Shown one piece after another: positions 12,443 through 22,031 of a stretch of DNA of 64,000 nucleotides. A program made the position numbers and the translations under genes. The notes under the pieces are model-generated. The model saw only the letters and a list, made by a program, of their open reading frames with translations. It did not search any database and was not told the origin of the DNA. The DNA comes from Isosphaeraceae bacterium. GTDB taxonomy: Bacteria; Planctomycetota; Planctomycetia; Isosphaerales; Isosphaeraceae. The first letter of the stretch is position 1; each line of letters starts with the position of its first letter. The stretch is from positions 1 to 64,000 of the forward strand of contig CBDAVP010000007.1 in assembly GCA_965201075.1 (NCBI GenBank). The letters run 5' to 3'.

Positions 12443-13615
12443 ATGCCACGAATCACGACGCATTGCCTGTTGCTGGCCATGACCCTCCTGGGGGTGGCCG
12501 ACGCCCGCGCCGAGTCGAAAACCGTGGCCCGCTGCGGTCAAGGGTTCCTGGAGGAAGTCGACGGCTACCGGGTCCTGCACGTCAAGGGCTCGCCCCGGGA
12601 GATGGGCTATCAGCAGGGGGTCTTGCTGAAGGATCACGTCCGCGAGGAAGTGCGCTTCCTGTTCGACGTCAAGGCGAAGGAGTTGAAGCTGGGCGAGGGG
12701 GAGAGGCGGATCGACCCCAAGACGGTGATCGGCACCATCGCCTTGATACAGCGACGATTCGTCCCCAAGCGGTTCCACGAGGAGCTTGAGGGCCTGGCCG
12801 AGGGGGCGGGGATGTCGCTTCAGGACGTGACGGTCGCCAACTTCATCCCGGAAATGTTCCACTGCTCGGGGTTCGCCCTGTCCGGCTCGGCGACGAAGGG
12901 GGGGACGCTGCTCCACGGCCGCATCCTGGACTACGGCTGCGATTGGCACTTGCAGGACCATGCGGTGTTGATGGTCGCCGAGCCCGACGGCAAGATCCCG
13001 TTCGTCAACGTGACCTACGCGGGGTTCATCGGCTCGGTGACGGGCATGAACGCCGAGCATGTCTCCGTCGGCGAGATGGGTGGCGGCGGCCGGGGCCACT
13101 GGGCCGGCGTGCCGATGGCCTTGCTGGTCCGCATGGCCTTGGAAGAGGGGCATGACCTCGACCAGGCCGTGAATGTCTTCCGCGATAACCCGCGCACCTG
13201 CCAGTACTTCTACGTCGTCGCCGATGGCAAGAGCGGCAAGGGAGTGGGGCTGGAGGCGTCGTGGGACAAGTTTGGCGTCGTCCGGATGGGCGAGTCCGAA
13301 CCAAGGCTGCCCCACGCGGTCCCCGATGCCGTGCTGCTGTCCATCGGATCTCGCTACGAGGAACTGGCCCGCCGAGTTCAGGACGGGCATGGGACGTTTG
13401 ACGCCGAGTCGGCACGCCACCTGATGGACCGGCCCGTGGCGATGAAGTCGAACCTGCACAACGTCCTGTTCGAGCCGGCGTCGACCCGGTTGTGGGTCGC
13501 CAACGCCTCGGCCTCGGGCGAGCCCGCCGCCGGCCAGCCGTATCACGCCTTCCAGCTTGACGAACTCCTGCGTCACCGGGCCGACACGTCGGCCCCCGAG
13601 CTTGGCGGGAAGTGA
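12443..13615 (+). CDS. Secreted C45-family Ntn hydrolase (autoproteolytic acyltransferase/peptidase)
   Basis: Signal peptide ending ARA; GSPREMGYQQG, EELEGLAEGAG, H-CSGF cleavage site, HGRILDY, GMNAEHVSVGE. Confidence 0.8.
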   Translation: MPRITTHCLLLAMTLLGVADARAESKTVARCGQGFLEEVDGYRVLHVKGSPREMGYQQGVLLKDHVREEVRFLFDVKAKELKLGEGERRIDPKTVIGTIALIQRRFVPKRFHEELEGLAEGAGMSLQDVTVANFIPEMFHCSGFALSGSATKGGTLLHGRILDYGCDWHLQDHAVLMVAEPDGKIPFVNVTYAGFIGSVTGMNAEHVSVGEMGGGGRGHWAGVPMALLVRMALEEGHDLDQAVNVFRDNPRTCQYFYVVADGKSGKGVGLEASWDKFGVVRMGESEPRLPHAVPDAVLLSIGSRYEELARRVQDGHGTFDAESARHLMDRPVAMKSNLHNVLFEPASTRLWVANASASGEPAAGQPYHAFQLDELLRHRADTSAPELGGK

Positions 13616-13630
13616 CAGCCGTGCGACTCG

Positions 13631-15280
13631 TCAGCCGTGACGGGCCACATTCCAGACCAGCCAGGTCCCCATCAGGAACGCCAAGGCAAATCCGATGTTG
13701 GCCAGGGTGACAGGTCCGGCACCGAGTCGCACGATCAAGGCCGAGCCGACCAGGAGGCCGGCGATCACGATTCCCGCCGCCAGGACGTGACTGGCCCGGG
13801 AAAGCTGGAGGACCAGGCTCTCGAAATGCTGGAGGTCGAACCGGACGGTCAACTCCCCGCGCTTGATTGACTCCAACGAATGGCCCAGCACGTCGGGCAG
13901 CAGCGTGGCGACGCGCTGGACATCCTCGGCCGAGCGTGCAAGTCGGGTCAGCATCCGCCAGGGGTGATACTTGCGAGTCGCCAGCGCCCGGACGAACGGC
14001 TCGACCTGGGCGGCGATGTCGAAGTGGGGGTCCAGCGTCCGACCAACCGACTCGATCGTCACCAGCGAGCGGATCAGCAGGACCAGGTCCGGCGGAATGC
14101 GTAACTGGTGGTTGCGCACGAGTTCGACCAGTTCCCGGAGCAGGGTTGGCAGGTCGATGTTGTCCAGAGACAGATCCGAGTATGACGCCACCATCACCCC
14201 GACCTCGCGACGGAGGGCCAGCGCGTCGGTGGCGGGGCCGCGGATTTCCAGGGCGTCGAGGTCTCTCAGGACGCGGTCGACGTCCTGGGCGAGCAGCCCG
14301 AGCAGCAGGTCGGCGATCCGCTCGCGAGTGGCCGCGTCGATGTGGCCGAACATGCCGTAGTCGAGCGGGGCGACGACCCCTCCGGGCAAGACTCGGAGGT
14401 TGCCGGGGTGCGGGTCGGCGTGGAAGAAGCCAAAGGTGAAAATCTGGGCCAGAAGGATGCGCGCCCCGGTCACCGCCACATCCTCGGGCCGTGCTCCCAT
14501 TCGGCGGATTCCCTCCACATCGTCGACACCGACGCCGTGGATGAATTCCATTACCAGGACCCGGGCCGAGGAAAGCTCCGGGTACGTCCTCGGCACATGT
14601 GCCGAGAGTTCCCTCGCCAGCTGGGCGCGGCAACGCTCCATCGTGCGGCGCTCGATATTCAGGTCCAGTTCCCGGCGAAGCGAACGCTCGAACTCGCGGG
14701 CGATCGCCGAGGGGCCGTAACTCGCCAGCGAGGGGAGGTGCCTCTCGGCCAGTTGCGAGAGGTTTTTCAGGATGTCGAGGTCGGCCTGGACGACCTTGTC
14801 GATCCCCGGGCGGCGGATCTTCAAGGCCACCTCCTGACCGTCGGGCAAGGTGGCGCGATGGACCTGCGAGATCGAGGCCGAGGCGACCGGCTCGGGGTCG
14901 ATCGTGGCGAAGACCTCGGAAGGTGGCCGCCCCAGGTCCTCGGTCAGGATGGCCTCGGCCTCGGCGAATGGGAACGGGCGGACGTCGTCCCTCAGTCGCG
15001 CGAGCTCGACCGTGTAAGCCTCGGGCAAAAGGTCGGACCGGGTGCTCAAAACCTGGCCAAGCTTGACGAAGGTGGGACCCAGGTCCTCGCAAATCAGGCG
15101 GAGACGGCGAGGACGGTCGCGGGGGGTCGGTGCCTCGGGGTCTTCAACAGCGGAGGGACGGACGAGGCTATCCAGGTGCAGCGCGGCGACGATGTCGCGG
15201 TATCCGTGGTGGATCAGGGTGGCGAGGATCTGCCGGTAGCGGGGCAGGTCGCGGAGATGACCGACAGTCTCGCGGAGCAC
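13631..15280 (-). CDS. ABC1/UbiB (AarF) family atypical kinase
   Basis: LGPTFVKLGQVLSTR, ASASISQVH, VALKIRRP, FFHADPHPGN, LDYGM; C-terminal TM pair. Confidence 0.93.
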   Translation of the reverse strand: MLRETVGHLRDLPRYRQILATLIHHGYRDIVAALHLDSLVRPSAVEDPEAPTPRDRPRRLRLICEDLGPTFVKLGQVLSTRSDLLPEAYTVELARLRDDVRPFPFAEAEAILTEDLGRPPSEVFATIDPEPVASASISQVHRATLPDGQEVALKIRRPGIDKVVQADLDILKNLSQLAERHLPSLASYGPSAIAREFERSLRRELDLNIERRTMERCRAQLARELSAHVPRTYPELSSARVLVMEFIHGVGVDDVEGIRRMGARPEDVAVTGARILLAQIFTFGFFHADPHPGNLRVLPGGVVAPLDYGMFGHIDAATRERIADLLLGLLAQDVDRVLRDLDALEIRGPATDALALRREVGVMVASYSDLSLDNIDLPTLLRELVELVRNHQLRIPPDLVLLIRSLVTIESVGRTLDPHFDIAAQVEPFVRALATRKYHPWRMLTRLARSAEDVQRVATLLPDVLGHSLESIKRGELTVRFDLQHFESLVLQLSRASHVLAAGIVIAGLLVGSALIVRLGAGPVTLANIGFALAFLMGTWLVWNVARHG

Positions 15281-15474
15281 CGGTGAGCGGCCTCTGGGTC
15301 GCGGAGGGGAGATGGATTTTGACCAGTTTACTCCCCGCCGGCCCGAGCCCACAAGCGGCGGCGGCCGACGCGTCGGGGTTGCGGAAAGGGCCGGGTTGGG
15401 GTAGGATGCGGCTGCCCAAATACCCGACGCGACTTCAAGTTGCGGCCGAGGCCGGTCCCCCCGAGGGTCACGTC

Positions 15475-15807
15475 ATGCTCGCCCAGGATCACGCCCAGGA
15501 CACCGTCCGTCCGCTCGAAACGGCCGAGGATCTTGTGGAGGCCCGGCTCGAAGCCGTGGGATTCATCTTCCACGGTTCCCTGCCCCGTCCCGACGGCAAG
15601 CGGGCTCCGGCGCGGGCGGGTTCCAACCTCCTGCACTTCGCCCGCTGCCCCAAGCTGGAGAAGGCGCCTGACGGTGAAACCAAGTTCTGGTTTCGCTCCA
15701 TCGGCAGGGCCAAGCAACACCTCGACACCGCCGTCGGCGATGGACATTGGAAGTGGTGCAAGACCTGCGTCAAGGACGTCACGCAGAAGATCCTCAACGA
15801 AGCCTGA
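15475..15807 (+). CDS. Small hypothetical protein with HxxxC...CxxC motif
   Basis: GC3-rich codons; LHFARCPKL and WKWCKTC. Confidence 0.65.
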   Translation: MLAQDHAQDTVRPLETAEDLVEARLEAVGFIFHGSLPRPDGKRAPARAGSNLLHFARCPKLEKAPDGETKFWFRSIGRAKQHLDTAVGDGHWKWCKTCVKDVTQKILNEA

Positions 15808-18800
15808 GCCGACCGCTTCCCCAGGACGAGCGGGCGGAGGCCTTCTCGTGAGCCGTTTGCCACGCCGTGGGGGCAACCGGAATTCGCGTCTGATCCATCT
15901 CAAGGAAGGCCCTGGGCCGGCCGCCCGCGAGCCGGACCGCCAGGGGCGGGAATTGGCCGACGGGTAGGATCACGGTTCGACCCCCAACCAGTCGCAAGGC
16001 CAGGACGAGCCGTCGCCCGGCTACTGGTGCCTTTCCCAACCAGTCGACCTCGGCCGTCGACGAACCGGAGGCCCTGACCAGTTGGGCCTGCACCGACGAT
16101 CGGCCCACACCTCGGCCGACTTCCCCGACTGAGACGCTCACGACGGTCCACCGGGGGGACAGACCGACCAGGTGGATCGAAGTCACCGGCGGTCCGCTCA
16201 AGAGGGTCGAGACTGGGGAAGCCGAGGCAGGCTGCGTGGGGGACGAGGAGATCGTCGTTGACTCGGCGGGAATCACCACTGTTTGAGCCAAACCCACATT
16301 GCCGGCAAGGTCCACGGCGCGGACGCTCAAACGGTTATCGACACCCGAATCCAGACCCGCCGGCAGAAAGGTCGTGGCCGTCCCCACCAGGACGAAAGGG
16401 CCAGTTCCGTTGACCTGATACTCGAGGATCACCCCCGAGACCGATTCAATGAGCTGCACCCACCCCCCCCCCAGCGTCGTCAACACATAGGGAGCGGGCG
16501 GCGGATTTGTCAGGATCGTCACGGCCACTGCCGAGGAGGTTCCGATGTTCCCAGCGGGGTCGATCTCGCGAGTCTGATAAGTATAAACGCCATCGGCCAA
16601 AACCGTCGGGTCCTGCAAGGGGCCGGGGCCCTGTCGGGTCGCCACGACCATTCCGCCTCTGAGCAGCGCGAAAGCGTCGTTGGAATCTCCCGATACCAGC
16701 CAGGTCGGCGAGGCGTTGTTGGTCAGCCCATCGACGGCCGAGGCCCCACTATCGGAGCCGGGGGCCAGCGTCGGAGCGGACGGGTTGGGGGCGATCGTGT
16801 CGAGGGTGAAAGTCACCGATGCGTCAGGGCCGGCCCGCCCCGAAGCGTCGAAGGCATGGACGATGACCGAGTTAGCGCCCTGGACGAGGCCAACCGGCAG
16901 GAACGGTGTGTCAGGTGTCGTCGGAACGAACTCCGTCGCGTTCGCAAGGCGATATGCGTAACCGACCCCGCCCGGGACCGAAGCGAACACAAGACGTCCG
17001 TCCGAGGTTAGGCCGTCGAAGTCGCTGACGCCCGTATCCTCGACCAGGACGGGATCGGACACCGATGGCCCGGCGGTCGGTAGCGGGAGTGATCCCCCGG
17101 AAATCGCGACGCCCTCGATGGTGGCCGAGTTGACTCGAAACACGTCGGGAGGCGCCGAGGTTCCAGCGGGGAGATTCAGGCGATTTCCCGACTGGGACAA
17201 AAGGAAGTCGACGGGGTTGATCGCGTTCGGGTCGCCGACGACGAAGGCGAGCGGGGCGCTGGCCGTGGAACGGGCCGCCAGGCCATCGGCGGTCCACTCC
17301 ACGACGTTGCCGGTCAAGGTACCGGAGAAATAGACTCGGCCGTCGTCGGCCCTGGCTGACGGGTCTTCGCCAATGGACAGGTTTCCGCCGACTGTCGCGT
17401 CCACCAACAGGTTATCTGCCACGTTGAGCCCGAAGACCGGCGTATGCGACCATCCCCAGGTCACCGGCTGCTCGGTGGGCGTCGCCTGAATCGTGAATCC
17501 GGCGCTCCCTCCCAGGAACACGTTGCCCACGACCTGCGTGCCAAACTGGGTTCCCGCCAGGACCAAAGGCGCCGCCACCGAGCTGCCCCGAGCGTCGACG
17601 ATATTTTCTCGATAAGTCTCGTCCACGAAACCGGTGGCGATCGAGATGGCATAGCTGCCGGCGGGCAACGGGTCGGACATCAGGTAAGTTCGCGAGTCGA
17701 TCGCCTGGGAGATCCGTCGGTACTGGCCTGCGTCGGGTCCGCTCAGAATCGCCACAACATCGCCCGTCCGGGCCATTCCTCCCTGGGGCGTCGAGATTTG
17801 GAGGATTCGCCCATCCTGGGAAATCGCCGTGGGCATCCCCTCGAAATGAAGCTGATAGGCTTCCGAGAGGATGATCTCGGGGGCGTTGGTGGAAGGGACC
17901 GTGTCGTCGTCCCTGGGTCCGATCCCGGAGACCGAGTTGCCCGCCACTAGGTCGCCAATCCCCGATTGGGTCAGGACCAGGAACCTCCAGGTCTTGCCCG
18001 AATCGCCGACGGGATTCGCGACGTTGTGGGACAGAGTCAGGTCGTGCGTGGAGTGGCCAGCAAACGCGGCGTAGCTGTAGGTGCCGGGAACGGTCCCCAG
18101 GTAGGTGTTGCCGGTCATCGTCCAGGGACCACCGTGAACCTGCGTCGTCCCTCCCTTCAGGACGTCGTCGGAGACAACACCGTTGGCGGCCGAGACCAGT
18201 CTCAACAGGCCAGGGGCTTCCTCCCAGGACGTGGCGGCCGGCGGTGATTGCAGGTCAAGGTGGGTCAAGGTCAGCCCGGCCATCGGGTCGTTGAAGCCGG
18301 GACCGTCCTGGTCGTCGGTCGTGCCAATTACGGCAGGTCCGTAACTGACCGTGGACGACCAAGCGACCGACGTGGCGAACCGGACCGCGAACCCATCGAG
18401 CGTCGTGTTCCCCGCGTGAATCTTGATCGCGGTCGTCCAGGGAGCGGACCCAGCCTGCTGGGTAAACAACAATGTGGCCCCGGGATCGGCCGTGATCGTG
18501 ACCGGGTGATTCAGGACCAGCGGTTGAGACAGGGGATACGTTCCGGCCGCCAGGTGGACCGAGCCAAAGGCGTTGGCCAGGGCGTTCAGGTCGTCGCCGG
18601 GGTGGGCGGTGATCGCGGTGTTCGAGGGCCGGGGCGACCGCAAGGTCAGGTCGGCCGACTGACCGGCGAACGTGACGACCTCGGTGGAACCGTCGTCGAG
18701 CAGGAGCCTCGCCGTGAGGATTGCGCCGGTCTCGTCTCGGGCGGGGGGGAGGAAGAATTCGGCGGTGGTCGAGCCGATCCCCTGGCGGAAGTCGAGCGAC

Positions 18801-19813
18801 CAGGCGTTGGGGTCGGCGACAAACCCCGAAGCGTTGGCCGACTGATACTGCCAGGCGTTGCCCGACTCATCACTGATCGCCGCGGCGACCACGGTTCGCC
18901 CCCTGGGAAGTCCCCAGATGGCCAGATGAACATTGCCAGGCCCGTCCTGGCCGTCTTGCCCCATCCAGGCGACGGATAGTCCTGAAAACTGGATCGGGAC
19001 GGAGGGCGTCGCGGTTGGGGCGGTCGGGTTCGTGTTGGGAGTGGCCGGAACCGTGGCCGAGGCCATTTTTCCGTTTGTGTAGGCGACGTTGACCGTCAAG
19101 GTTTGCGAGGCGAACCCGGCCCGGGTGGCCAGAAACAGGGTGGCCTGCGTCGCGTCGGTAGGGCTGACGGCCGTTTCCAGGTCCAGAAACCCTCCGGAAC
19201 CGCTGCCCGACCTCCAGGTGAGTCCATCGTTGCCATTGACAGTTACCGAGGCAATGGTGGCCGTCGTTGATAGCCCGGTGAGGCCAATCCGTTGGTCGGC
19301 GACGCCATCGGGGCCGACGGAGGGGCTGGGATTCACCCGATCGGTGCCGTCGGTCGCGAGCCATAAGGCGGCCAGGGCGGCGGCGGGGAGATTGGGGTTA
19401 ACCGGGCCGCCGTTGACCCAGACGTTGGCGGTCGAGCCGTTATCAAAGGTCAGCGCGACGTTATACGGTCGGCCCGAATCCTGTTGGTAGGGCTCGATGT
19501 ACAGGTCGGCCGTGGTGGCGCTGGGTGTCCGCACAATGTCGGCCAGCCACGAAGACGCCGGCCCGCCAAGGAGCCACTGGCCGCCGCCAAGCCCCTCGAC
19601 GTCGGCCCTGGTGATCGTGCGGGCGGGGTCGAGTCCGCCTAAAGCTATATGGATGTCTTGGTAGCCGTTGCCGCCGGAGGTCGACGAGTAGCCGACCAGG
19701 TCGTGACCGTCCTGGCCGATCCATTGAGCCGTCAGGTTGGTGGCGGTGAGAAGCTGCCGGTCTTCCAGGGGGTTGACGCCCGGCCGGGCGGGTCGTCGTC
19801 GCCGGTTGCGCAT
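15794..19813 (-). CDS. Large secreted protein: planctomycete export motif, three ~120-aa repeats, right-handed beta-helix, Ig-like (Big) domains
   Basis: MRNRRRRP..LEDRQLL N-terminus; VHLAAGTYPLSQPLVLNHPVTI beta-helix start; DTGVSDFDGLT and DSGASAVDGLTN, D.AGN Ig motifs. Confidence 0.85.
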   Translation of the reverse strand: MRNRRRRPARPGVNPLEDRQLLTATNLTAQWIGQDGHDLVGYSSTSGGNGYQDIHIALGGLDPARTITRADVEGLGGGQWLLGGPASSWLADIVRTPSATTADLYIEPYQQDSGRPYNVALTFDNGSTANVWVNGGPVNPNLPAAALAALWLATDGTDRVNPSPSVGPDGVADQRIGLTGLSTTATIASVTVNGNDGLTWRSGSGSGGFLDLETAVSPTDATQATLFLATRAGFASQTLTVNVAYTNGKMASATVPATPNTNPTAPTATPSVPIQFSGLSVAWMGQDGQDGPGNVHLAIWGLPRGRTVVAAAISDESGNAWQYQSANASGFVADPNAWSLDFRQGIGSTTAEFFLPPARDETGAILTARLLLDDGSTEVVTFAGQSADLTLRSPRPSNTAITAHPGDDLNALANAFGSVHLAAGTYPLSQPLVLNHPVTITADPGATLLFTQQAGSAPWTTAIKIHAGNTTLDGFAVRFATSVAWSSTVSYGPAVIGTTDDQDGPGFNDPMAGLTLTHLDLQSPPAATSWEEAPGLLRLVSAANGVVSDDVLKGGTTQVHGGPWTMTGNTYLGTVPGTYSYAAFAGHSTHDLTLSHNVANPVGDSGKTWRFLVLTQSGIGDLVAGNSVSGIGPRDDDTVPSTNAPEIILSEAYQLHFEGMPTAISQDGRILQISTPQGGMARTGDVVAILSGPDAGQYRRISQAIDSRTYLMSDPLPAGSYAISIATGFVDETYRENIVDARGSSVAAPLVLAGTQFGTQVVGNVFLGGSAGFTIQATPTEQPVTWGWSHTPVFGLNVADNLLVDATVGGNLSIGEDPSARADDGRVYFSGTLTGNVVEWTADGLAARSTASAPLAFVVGDPNAINPVDFLLSQSGNRLNLPAGTSAPPDVFRVNSATIEGVAISGGSLPLPTAGPSVSDPVLVEDTGVSDFDGLTSDGRLVFASVPGGVGYAYRLANATEFVPTTPDTPFLPVGLVQGANSVIVHAFDASGRAGPDASVTFTLDTIAPNPSAPTLAPGSDSGASAVDGLTNNASPTWLVSGDSNDAFALLRGGMVVATRQGPGPLQDPTVLADGVYTYQTREIDPAGNIGTSSAVAVTILTNPPPAPYVLTTLGGGWVQLIESVSGVILEYQVNGTGPFVLVGTATTFLPAGLDSGVDNRLSVRAVDLAGNVGLAQTVVIPAESTTISSSPTQPASASPVSTLLSGPPVTSIHLVGLSPRWTVVSVSVGEVGRGVGRSSVQAQLVRASGSSTAEVDWLGKAPVAGRRLVLALRLVGGRTVILPVGQFPPLAVRLAGGRPRAFLEMDQTRIPVAPTAWQTAHEKASARSSWGSGRLRLR

Positions 19814-19972
19814 GGGGAGTGCCTGGACAAGGGGCGACTCTCCTCCTCGCAGTCCAAGGCAAGCCCGCGTCCACTGCGTGCCGAGCCCGATTCGCCGGGA
19901 GACACGCCCGGGCGACGAGGCCGGGCGGCCGGTGGGGGATGTGGGTCAATCGAATCTAGCACATGATTGCGC

Positions 19973-20734
19973 TCAGGCCCGGCCCGAGCCCAATTCCGGC
20001 CGATTTTCTGGCTTCTCCGCCAACGCCCAGACGACCGACGACCAGTATCGAGGAGCGTCGAACCCCAACACCCTCAGCCGGGCCGCCTCCGACTTCCGGG
20101 CCAGCAGACTCAGGGCCCGGTACAGCTTGCGGGCGGGAGACACCGGCGCCGGCCACGGGTCTCTCAGGGCCGCGACCTTCAGGCCGTGGCAAAAAAAAAG
20201 TTCGGCCAGCGAGGTCGGAGTGAAGGCAATCTCGTGGGTGATATCCGCATAAATGGCCCTCGACGCCTGCGGACTATCGGCGTTCGGCACGCTGACGATC
20301 AGCCGACCCCCCGGGGCTAGCCTTGCCACGACCGCTTCCAGCAGCGGAAACAGCTCCTCGCGAGTGAAATGTTCCAGAATGTCGAGCATCGCCACCAGGC
20401 CATACGACGGGCCACCAGCCGGGTCGCCGAGAAAGTCCATGATCGGCGAATGCCGGGCGTCCAGTCCCATTCCCCGGGCCACTTGCACCTGCTGGCCGTC
20501 GAGGTCGATCCCGGTCGCTTGGGAGAATCCCCGTTCGCGAAGGAAGTAAAGGAACTGGCCACTCCCGCAACCGATGTCCAGGATCGGCGTCGCCTTGTCG
20601 GTCGGCAGCCAGTCGAGGGTGTACCAGTCGTAGTAGGGAACTCGTCCGGCGTGCTTGGCTCTGGCGAACTCGGGGTCTGTATATCCGTGCCACTCGGCCT
20701 GTCGCTGGTAGAACGCTTGGCGATACGGGTTCAT
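19973..20734 (-). CDS. Class I SAM-dependent methyltransferase
   Basis: ILDIGCGSG, LDILEH, LAPGGRLIVSVPN. Confidence 0.9.
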   Translation of the reverse strand: MNPYRQAFYQRQAEWHGYTDPEFARAKHAGRVPYYDWYTLDWLPTDKATPILDIGCGSGQFLYFLRERGFSQATGIDLDGQQVQVARGMGLDARHSPIMDFLGDPAGGPSYGLVAMLDILEHFTREELFPLLEAVVARLAPGGRLIVSVPNADSPQASRAIYADITHEIAFTPTSLAELFFCHGLKVAALRDPWPAPVSPARKLYRALSLLARKSEAARLRVLGFDAPRYWSSVVWALAEKPENRPELGSGRA

Positions 20735-20840
20735 CGTGCGGCGATCCCTCGTCCTGGCGGTATCCCTCGGGTCGGAGCGATGGTAGCCGTCTCACCAACG
20801 ACCGGGCAAGGTCGCGATCGCCGCGTCACCATCGGGATCG

Positions 20841-21548
20841 TCAGCCATTCGAAAGGTTCTGAGCGAATGCCATCCAACTTTCCCAAAAACCCAGGGCAAG
20901 GATGAGAAACGTGATGACCGCCAGGAGGCCGAGGCCGACTTGAGCGACCGTTCCGTATCGTGGTCGGATTTCGGGAGTTTGCAGCATGGCGGCTTGATAA
21001 GTCGCGGAACGGTGCAGCGCCAGCCTGGACCATGGGAGGAGGCCTACCGTCAGCCAGGTCAAGCCGAGGAAGATGCTAAGGATAATGATCATCGCATAAT
21101 CGCCCGGGCTGCTCGCTCGTAGCATCCCCCACACAAGGATGAACGAAGCCGAGACCGCCAGAGGGATTTCGGTGATGATCTTCCCCCCGCCGGGCCGCCG
21201 CATCAATGCGCCGGCGAAGCAGTTCAGGATCGTAGCGGTCACGAGGCTGATCGCGAACGCGGTCAACGCTTCTCCGGCCTCTATATCAACCAATGTATCA
21301 CGATTACGCTTCCAGTAAGTTGCCGCAATTCCCGCCGCAAAAGGAAGGAGCAAGGCGGCCGACCACGTGGCGAAGGCCCAGTGCATCCATGAGACAAGTC
21401 TCAATCGGGCCTCGGCCGCGAGTCCCGATCGCCTCAGTTCGACCCAACGCGGCTCGGGCTCTGTCGGGGAGGAGGGCCGCGGGTCGGAAAGCGGTGCCTC
21501 GAACGGGTTAAAAGCAGGGGGGAAGGCTTCGCTCCGGGGAGGTCCCAT
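20841..21548 (-). CDS. Hypothetical membrane protein with N-terminal NPFxxP motif
   Basis: FNPFEAP followed by about 5 hydrophobic segments. Confidence 0.6.
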   Translation of the reverse strand: MGPPRSEAFPPAFNPFEAPLSDPRPSSPTEPEPRWVELRRSGLAAEARLRLVSWMHWAFATWSAALLLPFAAGIAATYWKRNRDTLVDIEAGEALTAFAISLVTATILNCFAGALMRRPGGGKIITEIPLAVSASFILVWGMLRASSPGDYAMIIILSIFLGLTWLTVGLLPWSRLALHRSATYQAAMLQTPEIRPRYGTVAQVGLGLLAVITFLILALGFWESWMAFAQNLSNG

Positions 21549-21597
21549 CCGATGTCCCCTCCTGTGAGATATCCAGCTGTCGAGTTCCCCGCCGATC

Positions 21598-21960
21598 CTA
21601 GCCCGCACGCCGTGGCCGATCCAGCAGGACGTACAGGGCAATCCCCAGAGTGGGAATGACGCAAAACAACGGCAAAGCGACCCAGAATCGCCATCCCCGC
21701 CAGCGGGCCCGGTCGCCCAGGACCAGCAACGCCCACCCAGACGTCAGCGCGAAGTCGAGCATCGCCACGTCGAAGACCCGGTCCTTCGCCAGCAACTCCC
21801 AGAAATGAGGAGCGTCCAGGCCAATCGTCTGGTGAATTTCCCAGAGCAGCCACCCGCCCACCGGCACGAACAGGGCGATCAGAACCCAGGCGACCGCCGG
21901 GGATCGGCTCAGGCGCGGACCCTTTTCCTGGAGGCTTTCGGCGCCTTCGACGCTTGACAT
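21598..21960 (-). CDS. Small three-TM hypothetical protein
   Basis: Three hydrophobic helices, AMLDF and IPTLGIALY. Confidence 0.65.
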   Translation of the reverse strand: MSSVEGAESLQEKGPRLSRSPAVAWVLIALFVPVGGWLLWEIHQTIGLDAPHFWELLAKDRVFDVAMLDFALTSGWALLVLGDRARWRGWRFWVALPLFCVIPTLGIALYVLLDRPRRAG

Positions 21961-22031
21961 CCCACGTCCCCCCGGTTGCACTCGAAGTCGGTCCGACGGC
22001 CGGCCCGCGACAAGCCTCTTGAGGATCCTCC

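Noticed and set aside
11280..14975. guaA 3' end GAATGGGAA recurring near 14966 as a possible attR
   Set aside because: Second copy is 9 bp inside the intact UbiB-like CDS and there is no integrase
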